From an uncultured Actinomycetes bacterium (lineage in GTDB: Bacteria > Actinomycetota > UBA4738 > HRBIN12): a stretch of DNA of 64,000 bases. Location: the NCBI GenBank assembly GCA_963850315.1, contig CAWKKN010000006.1, positions 264,644-328,643 on the forward strand. The letters are read 5' to 3'. Positions 49,928 to 58,336 of the stretch are shown in pieces. The notes beneath the pieces are model-generated. The model was not told the origin of the DNA. It saw only the letters and a program-made list of their open reading frames with translations, and did no database searches. Each line of letters starts with the position of its first letter. The first letter of the stretch is position 1. The translations under genes and the position numbers were made by a program.

Positions 49928-51354
49928 TCCTCGGAGAAGTAGATGTTCTTGATCTCGGTGTAGAGGTTCACCGCGTGCATGCCCATCTCGCGCCCAGTAC
50001 CGCTCAGGTGATAGCCGCCGAACGGCGCCTCGGTGTGCACGCTGGAGGACGAGTTCACGCTGAGGTTCCCGGTCCGGATCCCCTTCGCCACGCGGATCGC
50101 CCGCCCGAGGTCGCGCGTCCACACAGAGCCGGAGAGGCCGTAGGGGGACTCGTTCGCCAACCGGACCGCCTCCTCCTCCGTGTCGAAAGGGAGTACGCAA
50201 GCGACGGGGCCGAAGATCTCCTCCTGCGCCACCCGCATGTCGTTGCCGACGTCCGCGAGCAGAGCCGGACGCATGAAGAAGCCGGGGTCGTCCGGCACCT
50301 CGCCGCCGGTCACCCGGCGCGCGCCCTCCTCCTGACCGAGCGCAAGGTAGTCGAGCGAGGTCTGCCGCTGACCCGCGGAGATCAGCGGGCCCATCTCCGT
50401 CGTCTCATCCATCGGCTGGCCCATCGCGATCGCCTCCGTCGCCTGCGCGAAGCGCCGACGAACTCCTCGTAGACCGGCCGCTGCACGAACGTCCGCGACC
50501 GCGCGCAGCAGTCCTGTCCCGCGTTGTCGAAGACGGACCAGAGCGACCTGGGCACGCAGACGTCGAGGTCGGCGTCGGCGAACACCACGTTCGCGGACTT
50601 GCCGCCCAGCTCCAGCGAGACCCGGGCGATGTGCCCCGCGGCCGCCTGCATCACCTTCACCCCCACCTCGGTGGAGCCGGTGAACGAGACCTTCGCCACC
50701 CGCGGGATCCGCGATCAGGGCTCCGGCGGTCGTCGCGCCCGGTCCTGGCAGGACGCTCAACGTGCCTTCGGGCAGGCCGCATTCGTAGAGGATGCCGGCG
50801 AGGGCCAGCGCGGTCAGCGGCGTCTGGGACGCCGGCTTCACCACGGCGGTGTTCCCGCAGGCGAGGGTCGGTGCGATCTTCCACGACGCGATCACCGCGG
50901 GGAAGTTCCACGGGGTGATGAGCGCGCAGACGCCGACCGGCTCGCGGATCGTGAGATCGATGCCGGGGGGCATGATCGGGATCGTCTCGCCCATGATCTT
51001 GTTCGCGGCGCCCCCCCAGTACTCGAAGGTGTTGGCGGCGATGTCGATCTCGCCGCGCGCCGCCGTGATCGGCTTCCCCCCGTTACGCGCTTCGAGCCGG
51101 GCCAGCTCTTCAGCCCGCTCCCGGATCAGCAGGGACGCGGCCGTGAGAAGACGGCCTCGCTCCCGCGCCGTCGTGCGCCGCCACGCGCCTTCCTCGAAGG
51201 CCCCGTGGGCGATATCCACCGCCCGCCGAGCGTCCTCAGGGCCTCCCTCGGCGACCTCGGCCATCGAGGCGGCCGTGGCCGGCTCGGTGACCTCGAACGT
51301 CTTGCCGTCGGCGGCGGGGACCCGCTCGCCCCCCAGCACCATCAGTTCCGCCAT
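49924..51354 (-). pseudogene. NAD(P)-dependent aldehyde dehydrogenase (ORF uninterrupted but contains an internal +1/-1 frameshift pair)
   Basis: The ends of the 476-aa ORF are classical ALDH (ITPWNFP...; EEIFGPV...). The central ELGGKS and catalytic GQDCCA motifs appear only in the alternative-frame ORF 50382..50699. The main frame reads Arg/Gly-rich nonsense there. Confidence 0.85.
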
Positions 51355-51389
51355 CGCGCGCGCTGCCTCTCCCGTTGGACGACCGTGAC

Positions 51390-51806
51390 CTACGGGACGT
51401 TACGAGGCTCGTCGACGAACACGCAACCGTTCCAGTAGGCCTCGACCCGCTTGTTCGCCCATCCGCGGAGGTCCAGGTGGAGCTCGTCGGGGGGGTCCAG
51501 CCGGCCCCAGTCGAAATGCACCTCGATCCCGTCCGCCTCGATCACGTGGAACCGATGGGGCTGCCGAGAGCTGCGCGTGAACTTCGTCTTGCGGCTGGAC
51601 CGGGGCGGCTCCGTGTGTGCCTCGAGCCACACGTATGAGCCCACCAAGCCTCGGCGGGGGTCGAGCCATACCCAAACCCTGCCGCCCTCAGCGGAGATGT
51701 GTCGAGCGGCCCTCGGGGAGGTCACGATCTTCATCTCGGTCATGCAACCACGGATCGCCTCGCGAGTGGAGGGCGGCGCGGGTGCCGCCCTCCACCAGAT
51801 CGCCAT
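51390..51806 (-). CDS. conserved hypothetical protein, paralog A of an unrecognised family
   Basis: 138-aa ORF. ATG 51806 abuts the permease stop (TGAATG); an alternative start is Met 25 (51734). It shares WVWLDPRRGL, HRFH, DPPDELHL and AYWNGCVFVDE with ORF 57024..57440. Confidence 0.6.
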   Translation of the reverse strand: MAIWWRAAPAPPSTREAIRGCMTEMKIVTSPRAARHISAEGGRVWVWLDPRRGLVGSYVWLEAHTEPPRSSRKTKFTRSSRQPHRFHVIEADGIEVHFDWGRLDPPDELHLDLRGWANKRVEAYWNGCVFVDEPRNVP

Positions 51807-53441
51807 TCAGCCGGTTGCCACCGCGATCCCCGTCAGATCTTCGTCGGTGGGCACGACGGGGCTCCAGGGCTTCTTGCGTTGCACGGCTAGGTAGTAGATC
51901 GCTCCCACGACGATCACGATCACGAACACCAGCTCGATGAGCGGGATCTTGTTGAGGAACGCGACATGGAAGTTCACGAGGGTCTGGCCGGCCTTGTAGT
52001 AATCGGTCTGGACGGCCTTGGGATTCGAGAAGATACGCAGGTAGTTCGCGCCGCCCGCGTTCGGATCGAATGCCGACTTCGCCGAGGAGTAGGCCAGGAA
52101 GTTCAACATCATCGCGAGGCCCCACAGGATCGCGACGACGTTGACGACCTTCCCCCAGGCGCCCAGCGAGAACGGGGTCCTCGTCTTCGGCCACCCCTTG
52201 GTGCGGGCCCGCATCACTGCGAGGTTCCCCAGGAGGTAGCTCAGATAGATGGAAGCGGTGGCCGCGACGGCGATCGAGCTCGCGCCTGCGAACTGGATGA
52301 ATGGGACGGCGGACAGAAGTCCCACGATGACGCACGCCCAGACCGGTGTGTGCAACCGGGGGTTGACCTTCGCCATCGCTTTCGACGCGGGGAGCTGATC
52401 GTCACGCGCCATCCCGAACGCCAGCCGGATCGTGGCGGTGAGGATCGCCATGCAGCAGACGAAGATGGCTGCAGACACCACCAGCAGGTACAGGGTCTGG
52501 AAGCCCTTCCTCAGGACGAGGGCGAAGATCGCGGGCGGTCCGAAGAAGCCCGTGACCGCGTCCTTCATGTTCGGCACGGCGATCAGCACGCCCCACAGGA
52601 AGATCGCGCCGATCACGAACGCTCCGATCACCGAGGCGAGGACCGCCTTCGGAGCCTCGGCCCGCGGGTTCCGCGTCTCCTCCGCCAGCGTCGAGGCCGT
52701 ATCGAATCCGTAGATGACGTAGAGGCTCATGAACATGCCGACCAGGAAGAAGCTGAGCGTCGTCGGCGCCGGGAACTGCCCGTAGTTGCCGGAGGCGGCG
52801 GAGCTCGTGATGACTCCGATGCCCTGGTTGTTGTGCGCGACGCCCAGGAACACGGCGAACACGACCATCCCGAGGATCTCGAAGAAGACCCCCGTGTTGT
52901 TGACGATGGCGACGAGCTTCACGCCGTAGATGTTCAGGATGGTGATGATCGCCAGGGTGACGAGTGCACAGATCTTCTGGTCGACGCTCCCGAGCGTCGT
53001 GTTGAAGTGCACGTTGAAGACGTCGTTGAGCGCCGGCAAGAGCGCGATCGGCAATGTCGCGCAGACCGATGCCACAGTGAGGATCCCGGCGATCACGTAG
53101 AACCAGCCGGTGAACCAGGCGTACGAGCGTCCGGCCAGATACTTCGTCCAGGTGTACACCGAGCCCGCGACGGGGAAGTGACTCGAGAGCTCCGCGAAGT
53201 TGAGGGCGACGATGAACTGACCCAGGGCGACCAGCGGCCACGTCCACCACAACCGTCCACCGAGCGCGGCCATCCCGAGGAAGAACAGTGTGAAGATCCC
53301 GGTCGACGGCGAGATGTAGCTGAACGCCACCGCGAAGGAGCTGAAGGTTCCCAGCCCTCGATTCAGCTCCTGTTGGTACCCGAACTTCTCGAGATCGGCC
53401 GTATCGCGCGCAGCCTGATCGGCATGCTGATCACTCGACAT
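51807..53441 (-). CDS. APC superfamily amino acid/amine permease
   Basis: Met 110 of ORF 51807..53768, giving 544 aa. N-terminus FGYQQELNRGLGTFSSFAVAFSYISPSTG, 12+ TM segments, intact. Confidence 0.9.
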   Translation of the reverse strand: MSSDQHADQAARDTADLEKFGYQQELNRGLGTFSSFAVAFSYISPSTGIFTLFFLGMAALGGRLWWTWPLVALGQFIVALNFAELSSHFPVAGSVYTWTKYLAGRSYAWFTGWFYVIAGILTVASVCATLPIALLPALNDVFNVHFNTTLGSVDQKICALVTLAIITILNIYGVKLVAIVNNTGVFFEILGMVVFAVFLGVAHNNQGIGVITSSAASGNYGQFPAPTTLSFFLVGMFMSLYVIYGFDTASTLAEETRNPRAEAPKAVLASVIGAFVIGAIFLWGVLIAVPNMKDAVTGFFGPPAIFALVLRKGFQTLYLLVVSAAIFVCCMAILTATIRLAFGMARDDQLPASKAMAKVNPRLHTPVWACVIVGLLSAVPFIQFAGASSIAVAATASIYLSYLLGNLAVMRARTKGWPKTRTPFSLGAWGKVVNVVAILWGLAMMLNFLAYSSAKSAFDPNAGGANYLRIFSNPKAVQTDYYKAGQTLVNFHVAFLNKIPLIELVFVIVIVVGAIYYLAVQRKKPWSPVVPTDEDLTGIAVATG

Positions 53442-53539
53442 CCATGCCCCCCTCCCTGCTACCGGTGCACCTGCCGGGCAAGCACGGTCCGAGACCGAGC
53501 CGGGCACACTTTGGCCCGCTCGAGACCGGAACGCAAGCC

Positions 53540-53569
53540 GGGAGTTGCGCTTCGACGAAGCGCGCTCCC
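53540..53569. promoter_or_regulatory. 30-bp imperfect palindrome/hairpin in the divergent permease / DMGDH-like intergenic region
   Basis: GGGAG-TT-GCGCTTCG-A-CGAAGCGC-G-CTCCC: a perfect inner 8+8 inverted repeat flanked by complementary 5-mers. It lies about 100 bp from the permease start and about 70 bp from the DMGDH-like start. Confidence 0.3.
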
Positions 53570-53640
53570 GCGCGTGTTGCGAGCGCGAAGGGAAGCGACG
53601 ACACTCCCCTGTCGGGTTCACGACCTGACGAGGGGCGTCC

Positions 53641-56058
53641 ATGAGCGATGAAGTGAGCCGGGCACGCGCCGTGGTGATCGGTGGCGGCGTCACGGGCTGC
53701 AGCGTGGCGCTCCACCTGGCCCGGGCCGGATGGTCCGATGTCGTGTTGCTCGACAAAGGGGAGCTCACGAGCGGCTCGACGTGTCACGCTGCTGGGCTCG
53801 TCACCATGTACAACCCCTCGCCGACGATGATGCGGTTCCGCCGTTACTCGATCGAGCTCTATCGGGAGCTCGGCGTCTTCGACGCGGTCGGCAGCCTGCG
53901 GATCGCCTCGAGCGCCGCGCAGCTACAGGAGCTGCAACGAGGCGTCAGCCGCGCCCGGGCGATCGGGTTGGACGTGGACCTGTTGAACGCCGACGAGGCG
54001 CACGTGGTGCTCCCGGCGGCGAGCGAACAGGATCTCCTGGGCGGCGTCTGGATGCCCGGCGACGGACACCTGGATCCGCACACCGCCACGTACGCCCTCG
54101 CCGGGGCCGCGCGCGATCTGGGGGCACGGATCCGTACGGGCGTGCGCGTGACCGGCTTCGACCGAGGGAGGCACGGTGAGATCGTTGCGGTCCTCACCGA
54201 CCACGGACGGATCGAGACCGAGGTGGTCGTGAACGCGGCCGGTCTGTGGGCGCCGCAGGTGGCGGCGATGGCGGGCGCCTGGCTCGCCTCCACCCCCGTC
54301 GACCATCAGCACGTCGCCCTCAGAGCCGTCCCGGGATGGGAGCTGCCGCGCGACATGCCCTGCTTCCGCGATCCGGACAACCTCGTCTACGGCAGGTCCG
54401 AGCACGGAGGGGTGGTGTTCGGCGGGTACGAGGCCGACCCCTCGGTGCGATGGATCGACGGCGCTCCCTGGTCCCACGGGGATGCGTCGATCGCGCCGGA
54501 CCAAGACCGGTTCGAGCCGCTGATGCTGGGCGCGATCCGGCGATTCCCGTTCCTGGAGGACGCGCAGATGATCCGGCTGATCCGCCATCCCGACGCCATG
54601 ACGCCCGACGCGAATCCACTGCTCGGGCCCATGCCGGGCACCCCCGGGTTCTACGTCGCGGCGGGACTGTCGTTGAACGGGTTCGGCGGAGCCGGCGGGA
54701 TCGGCAAGACGGTCGCGGAGTGGATCGTTGAGGGCGAGCCGGAGTGGGACGTCTCGTCCTACCGGGCGTGGCGCTTCGGCCCGGGCCACCGCGATCCGGG
54801 TTACACGGCGGAGCAGGCGCGCGAGGCATACCGCTACTACTACCTGCTGCGCTACCCCTTCGACGCCGACGAGCTCGGCCGTCCGCGACGCACGTCGGCG
54901 CTGCACGTCCGCCTGCAGGAGGAGGGCGCGGTGTTCGTGGCGAAGCATGGCTGGGAGCGCGCCGAGCGTTTCGAGCCCGGACGGCCGTGGAGGCGGGCAG
55001 GGCCGGACCAGCGCGCGTGGGGTTGGGGCGAACCACCCTGGCTGCGGCGCGTGGGCGAGGAGCATCGGGCCGTACGTGACCGGGTCGGCCTGCTGGACCT
55101 GTCGTCGTTCGGGAAGATCGAGGTCTCGGGTCCGGGCGCCTTGGCCCTGCTGGAGCGCGTCTGCACGAACCGGGTCGACCGCTCGGTGGGACGGGTCGTC
55201 TACACCATGCTCACGAACCGGCGCGGAGGCATCCTCTCCGACGTCACCGTGACCCGACTCGCCGAGGATCGGTTCCGGGTCGCGACGGGGGCGGCCGTCG
55301 TGGACGCGGACCTGGGCTGGTTCCGCGCGAACGCGGGCGCGACCGGTGACGTCGAGTTGCGCGACGTCAGTGACGAGCTCGCGGTGATCGGGCTTTGGGG
55401 CTCGGCGGCGCCCGCTGTGTTGACGGTCGTAGCCGGAGTGGACCCGCAGGATTGCCCGCCCATGGCCGCGCGGACGATCACGGTCGGGGCCGCAGCCGTG
55501 GCCGCACTCGGCGTCTGCTTCGCGGGAGGGCCGGGGTGGGAGCTGTGGGTCGAGCCGGGCCGGGCCGTCGACACGTGGGACCGTCTGCGGGCCGCGGGCC
55601 GAGAGGTCGGGATCGAGCCCGTCGGGTATCGGGCGATCGACTCGCTCCGGATGGAAGCGGGCTACCGTGCGCTGGGCACGGACCTCACCGGCGCCGACAC
55701 GCCGTGGGAAGCGGGGCTCGACGCCTTCGTGTCCCTGGATGGACGCAAGTTCGTTGGTCGCGACGCCCTCGCCGAGGCGAAGGCCCGGCCCTTGGAGCGC
55801 CGGATCCGGACGCTCGCAGTGGGCGAGGCCACGTGGGAACCGGTGTACGGGGGTGAGGCCGTCTACGCGGACGGCGACGTGATCGGCCGAGTGCGCAGCG
55901 CCGCCTATGGTTTCGGTGTTCGCCGCAACCTGGCAACCGCGTACCTGCCGGTCACCGTGAGATCGGACAGCGAGCTGGAGGTCGATCTGTTCGGGGAGCG
56001 GCGACCCGCGGTCGCGCTCGATGACGCGCCGCTTCGGAACGGGAAGGCGAGCACGTGA
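53641..56058 (+). CDS. FAD-dependent oxidoreductase fused to a GcvT-type folate-binding domain (dimethylglycine/sarcosine dehydrogenase family)
   Basis: Intact 805-aa ORF. Dinucleotide fold AVVIGGGVTGCSVALHLARAG. C-terminal aminomethyltransferase-like half (LLDLSSFGKIEVSGPGA...YRAIDSLRMEAGY). Confidence 0.9.
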   Translation: MSDEVSRARAVVIGGGVTGCSVALHLARAGWSDVVLLDKGELTSGSTCHAAGLVTMYNPSPTMMRFRRYSIELYRELGVFDAVGSLRIASSAAQLQELQRGVSRARAIGLDVDLLNADEAHVVLPAASEQDLLGGVWMPGDGHLDPHTATYALAGAARDLGARIRTGVRVTGFDRGRHGEIVAVLTDHGRIETEVVVNAAGLWAPQVAAMAGAWLASTPVDHQHVALRAVPGWELPRDMPCFRDPDNLVYGRSEHGGVVFGGYEADPSVRWIDGAPWSHGDASIAPDQDRFEPLMLGAIRRFPFLEDAQMIRLIRHPDAMTPDANPLLGPMPGTPGFYVAAGLSLNGFGGAGGIGKTVAEWIVEGEPEWDVSSYRAWRFGPGHRDPGYTAEQAREAYRYYYLLRYPFDADELGRPRRTSALHVRLQEEGAVFVAKHGWERAERFEPGRPWRRAGPDQRAWGWGEPPWLRRVGEEHRAVRDRVGLLDLSSFGKIEVSGPGALALLERVCTNRVDRSVGRVVYTMLTNRRGGILSDVTVTRLAEDRFRVATGAAVVDADLGWFRANAGATGDVELRDVSDELAVIGLWGSAAPAVLTVVAGVDPQDCPPMAARTITVGAAAVAALGVCFAGGPGWELWVEPGRAVDTWDRLRAAGREVGIEPVGYRAIDSLRMEAGYRALGTDLTGADTPWEAGLDAFVSLDGRKFVGRDALAEAKARPLERRIRTLAVGEATWEPVYGGEAVYADGDVIGRVRSAAYGFGVRRNLATAYLPVTVRSDSELEVDLFGERRPAVALDDAPLRNGKAST

Positions 56059-56966
56059 CCGAGGGCGCCCTTTCGATCGATGAGGTCGTGCAACGTGTGG
56101 AGCTCTTCCGCGGCAAGGAGATCCGGACGTCGATGCTGTCCGGCGGGCTCACGAATCAGAACTTCCTGGTGGAGGCCGAGGGGACACGCTACGTCGTGCG
56201 GATCCCGGGACCCTCCACCGATCTGCTGGCCGTGGACCGGGCCAACGAGCGCCACAACGCTCGCGCGGCGGCCACCACGGGCGTCGCCCCCATCGTGCGC
56301 GAGGTGATCCCGGAGATCGACGTGATGGTCATCGACCACATCGACGGCCGCACGATGTCCCCCGGATCGCTCCGCACCGAAGAGCAGGCGCGCAGGATCG
56401 CCGGTTCGCTGCGCCGGCTCCACGCGGGCCCAAGGTTCCGGACGGACTTCGACATGTTCCGGACCGCCGAGGGCTACCTCCGCGTCTGCGACGAGCGCGG
56501 CATCCGCATCCCCGACACCTATCGGGATCGCGCGGACCAGGTCGCGCGGATCGAACGCGCTCTCTCGACCGACCCGGTAGCGAGCGTCCCGTGTCACAAC
56601 GATCTCCTTGCGGAGAACTACATCGACGACGGGCAGCAGCTTTGGATCATCGACTTCGAATACAGCGGCAACAACGATCCCTGCTTCGAGCTCGGGGACA
56701 CCGCGCAGGAGTGCGGCTTCGACGAGGACCTGCGCGCGGAGCTGTGCCGCGCTTACTTCGGCGCGGCCACCCCGCACCTGCGCGCGCGCATGGAGCTGCA
56801 CGCGATCATGGCTGACGTCGGCTGGACGCTGTGGGCGGCGATCCAGGAAGAGATCTCCGACATCGACTTCGACTTCTGGGGCTGGGCGACGCAACGATGG
56901 GACCGTGCGGAGGGGGCGTTCGCCGCCCGGGCCTTCTCCCGTTGGCTCGCCGACGCAGCGGGCTGA
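56055..56966 (+). CDS. choline/ethanolamine kinase family phosphotransferase, paralog 1
   Basis: GTG 56055 overlaps the upstream stop (GTGA). LSGGLTNQNFLV, Brenner motif PCHNDLLAENYI, and IIDFEYSGNNDPCFELGD. Intact, 303 aa. Confidence 0.85.
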   Translation: MTEGALSIDEVVQRVELFRGKEIRTSMLSGGLTNQNFLVEAEGTRYVVRIPGPSTDLLAVDRANERHNARAAATTGVAPIVREVIPEIDVMVIDHIDGRTMSPGSLRTEEQARRIAGSLRRLHAGPRFRTDFDMFRTAEGYLRVCDERGIRIPDTYRDRADQVARIERALSTDPVASVPCHNDLLAENYIDDGQQLWIIDFEYSGNNDPCFELGDTAQECGFDEDLRAELCRAYFGAATPHLRARMELHAIMADVGWTLWAAIQEEISDIDFDFWGWATQRWDRAEGAFAARAFSRWLADAAG

Positions 56967-57023
56967 GTCGTTCAGCGCGCCACATAGGAGAGGCCTTGGG
57001 TGAAGGCCGGGGGCCTGACCACG

Positions 57024-57440
57024 TCAGTGTTGGATCTCGTCGTCGACGAAGATGGCGCCGTTCCAGAACGCGTCGACCCGTCGCTTCGGGAACCGCTTGA
57101 CCACCAGGTGCAGCTCCTGCGGCGGGTCGAAGGCGCCGTGGTCCAGAAGGATCTCGTATCCGTCCGCGGGGAACCTGTGGAACCGATGCGCCCGCCGTGC
57201 GCTCTTGAGACGGTTCGTCGCCCGGCTCGAGCCGGGGCGCTCGGTCGCCGTCAGCAGGTAGATGATGGCCGGCCCCCCCAGCCCGCGATGGGGGTCGAGC
57301 CAGATCCAGAGCTTGCCGCCGTGCTCCTTGACGAACCCGGCGACGTCCCCCTCCTGCACGATCTTCACGAGGCACACCGTAACCCCGCGGTCGTAGGCTT
57401 GCGCGCCGGATCCCCACGTGAGGCCGAAGTCCGAGGCCAA
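57024..57440 (-). CDS. conserved hypothetical protein, paralog B of the same unrecognised family
   Basis: 138-aa ORF with a TTG start at 57440; an alternative GTG start is at 57368 (residue 25). It shares LWIWLDPHRGL, HRFH, DPPQELHL and AFWNGAIFVDDE with ORF 51390..51806. Confidence 0.6.
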   Translation of the reverse strand: MASDFGLTWGSGAQAYDRGVTVCLVKIVQEGDVAGFVKEHGGKLWIWLDPHRGLGGPAIIYLLTATERPGSSRATNRLKSARRAHRFHRFPADGYEILLDHGAFDPPQELHLVVKRFPKRRVDAFWNGAIFVDDEIQH

Positions 57441-57457
57441 GGACCGAGGGAGGGACG

Positions 57458-58234
57458 ATGCGTCTGGAGGGCAAGGTCGCGCTGATCACCGGCGGCGCCA
57501 GCGGCATGGGCATGATCGCGTCGAAGCTCTTCGCACGCGAAGGCGCACGCGTCATCCTCACGGACCTGAACGACGAAGCGGGTGACGCGGTCGCCGCAGA
57601 GATCGCGGCGTCGGGTGGCGAGGCCAGCTACGTGCACGCCGACGTTTCGAAGGAAGCCGACGCCGAGGCGATGGTGGCTGCCGCGGTCGGCCGATACGGC
57701 TCGCTGAGCGTGCTGTACAACAACGCCGGGATCATGCTGGCGGACGACGGCTCGGTCGACGCCACCGATGGGTCGGTCTGGGACCGAACCCTCGCCATCA
57801 ACGTCAAGGGCGTCGCCTTCGGCTGCAAGTACGGGGTTCCCGCCATGATCGCCGCAGGAGGCGGCTCCATCATCAACGTCGCCTCGTTCGTGGCCTGGCT
57901 CGGCGCTGCCACGTCGCAGACCGCGTACACGGCGTCGAAGGGCGCCGTTCTCGCCATGACCCGGGAGATCGCGGTGGAGTACGCGCGGAGAGGGATCCGC
58001 TGCAACGCCCTGTGCCCAGGCCCGATCGAGACTCCCCTGCTGATGCAGCTCCTGTCGGACGAAGCGAAGAAGCAGCGCCGGTTCGTGCACATCCCGATGG
58101 GCCGTTTGGGACAGGCCGAGGAGCTCGCGAAGGCGGCGTTGTTCCTCGCATCGGACGACTCGTCGTACATGACGGGTGCGTCGCTCGTCGTGGACGGCGG
58201 CATCACGGCCGCCTACGTGACGCCCGAGGACTAG
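57458..58234 (+). CDS. SDR family oxidoreductase
   Basis: Intact 258-aa ORF with GAGGGAGGGA upstream. TGGASGMG, NNAG, and the YTASKGAV catalytic motif. Confidence 0.9.
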   Translation: MRLEGKVALITGGASGMGMIASKLFAREGARVILTDLNDEAGDAVAAEIAASGGEASYVHADVSKEADAEAMVAAAVGRYGSLSVLYNNAGIMLADDGSVDATDGSVWDRTLAINVKGVAFGCKYGVPAMIAAGGGSIINVASFVAWLGAATSQTAYTASKGAVLAMTREIAVEYARRGIRCNALCPGPIETPLLMQLLSDEAKKQRRFVHIPMGRLGQAEELAKAALFLASDDSSYMTGASLVVDGGITAAYVTPED

Positions 58235-58336
58235 TCAGCCCGAGGCCAGCCGCCGACTTGACGGCTCCGCCGCCAGGGACTCTGATACCGGAAGCGTTTT
58301 TCCGTCTCAACCGCCTCAAGGGGGAAGGGGTAGAGC

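Noticed and set aside
53442-53640. Possible glycine riboswitch between the APC permease and the GcvT-domain gene
   Set aside because: The context is attractive, and fragments such as CGAAGCGCAAC...CCCGG...TCTCGAG loosely resemble the ACCGAAGGGGCAA / CUCUCAGG elements. However, I could not build the conserved GGAGAG-P1 / three-way junction architecture on either strand. The local structure is better described as a simple nested palindrome. A cmsearch with the glycine model would settle it.
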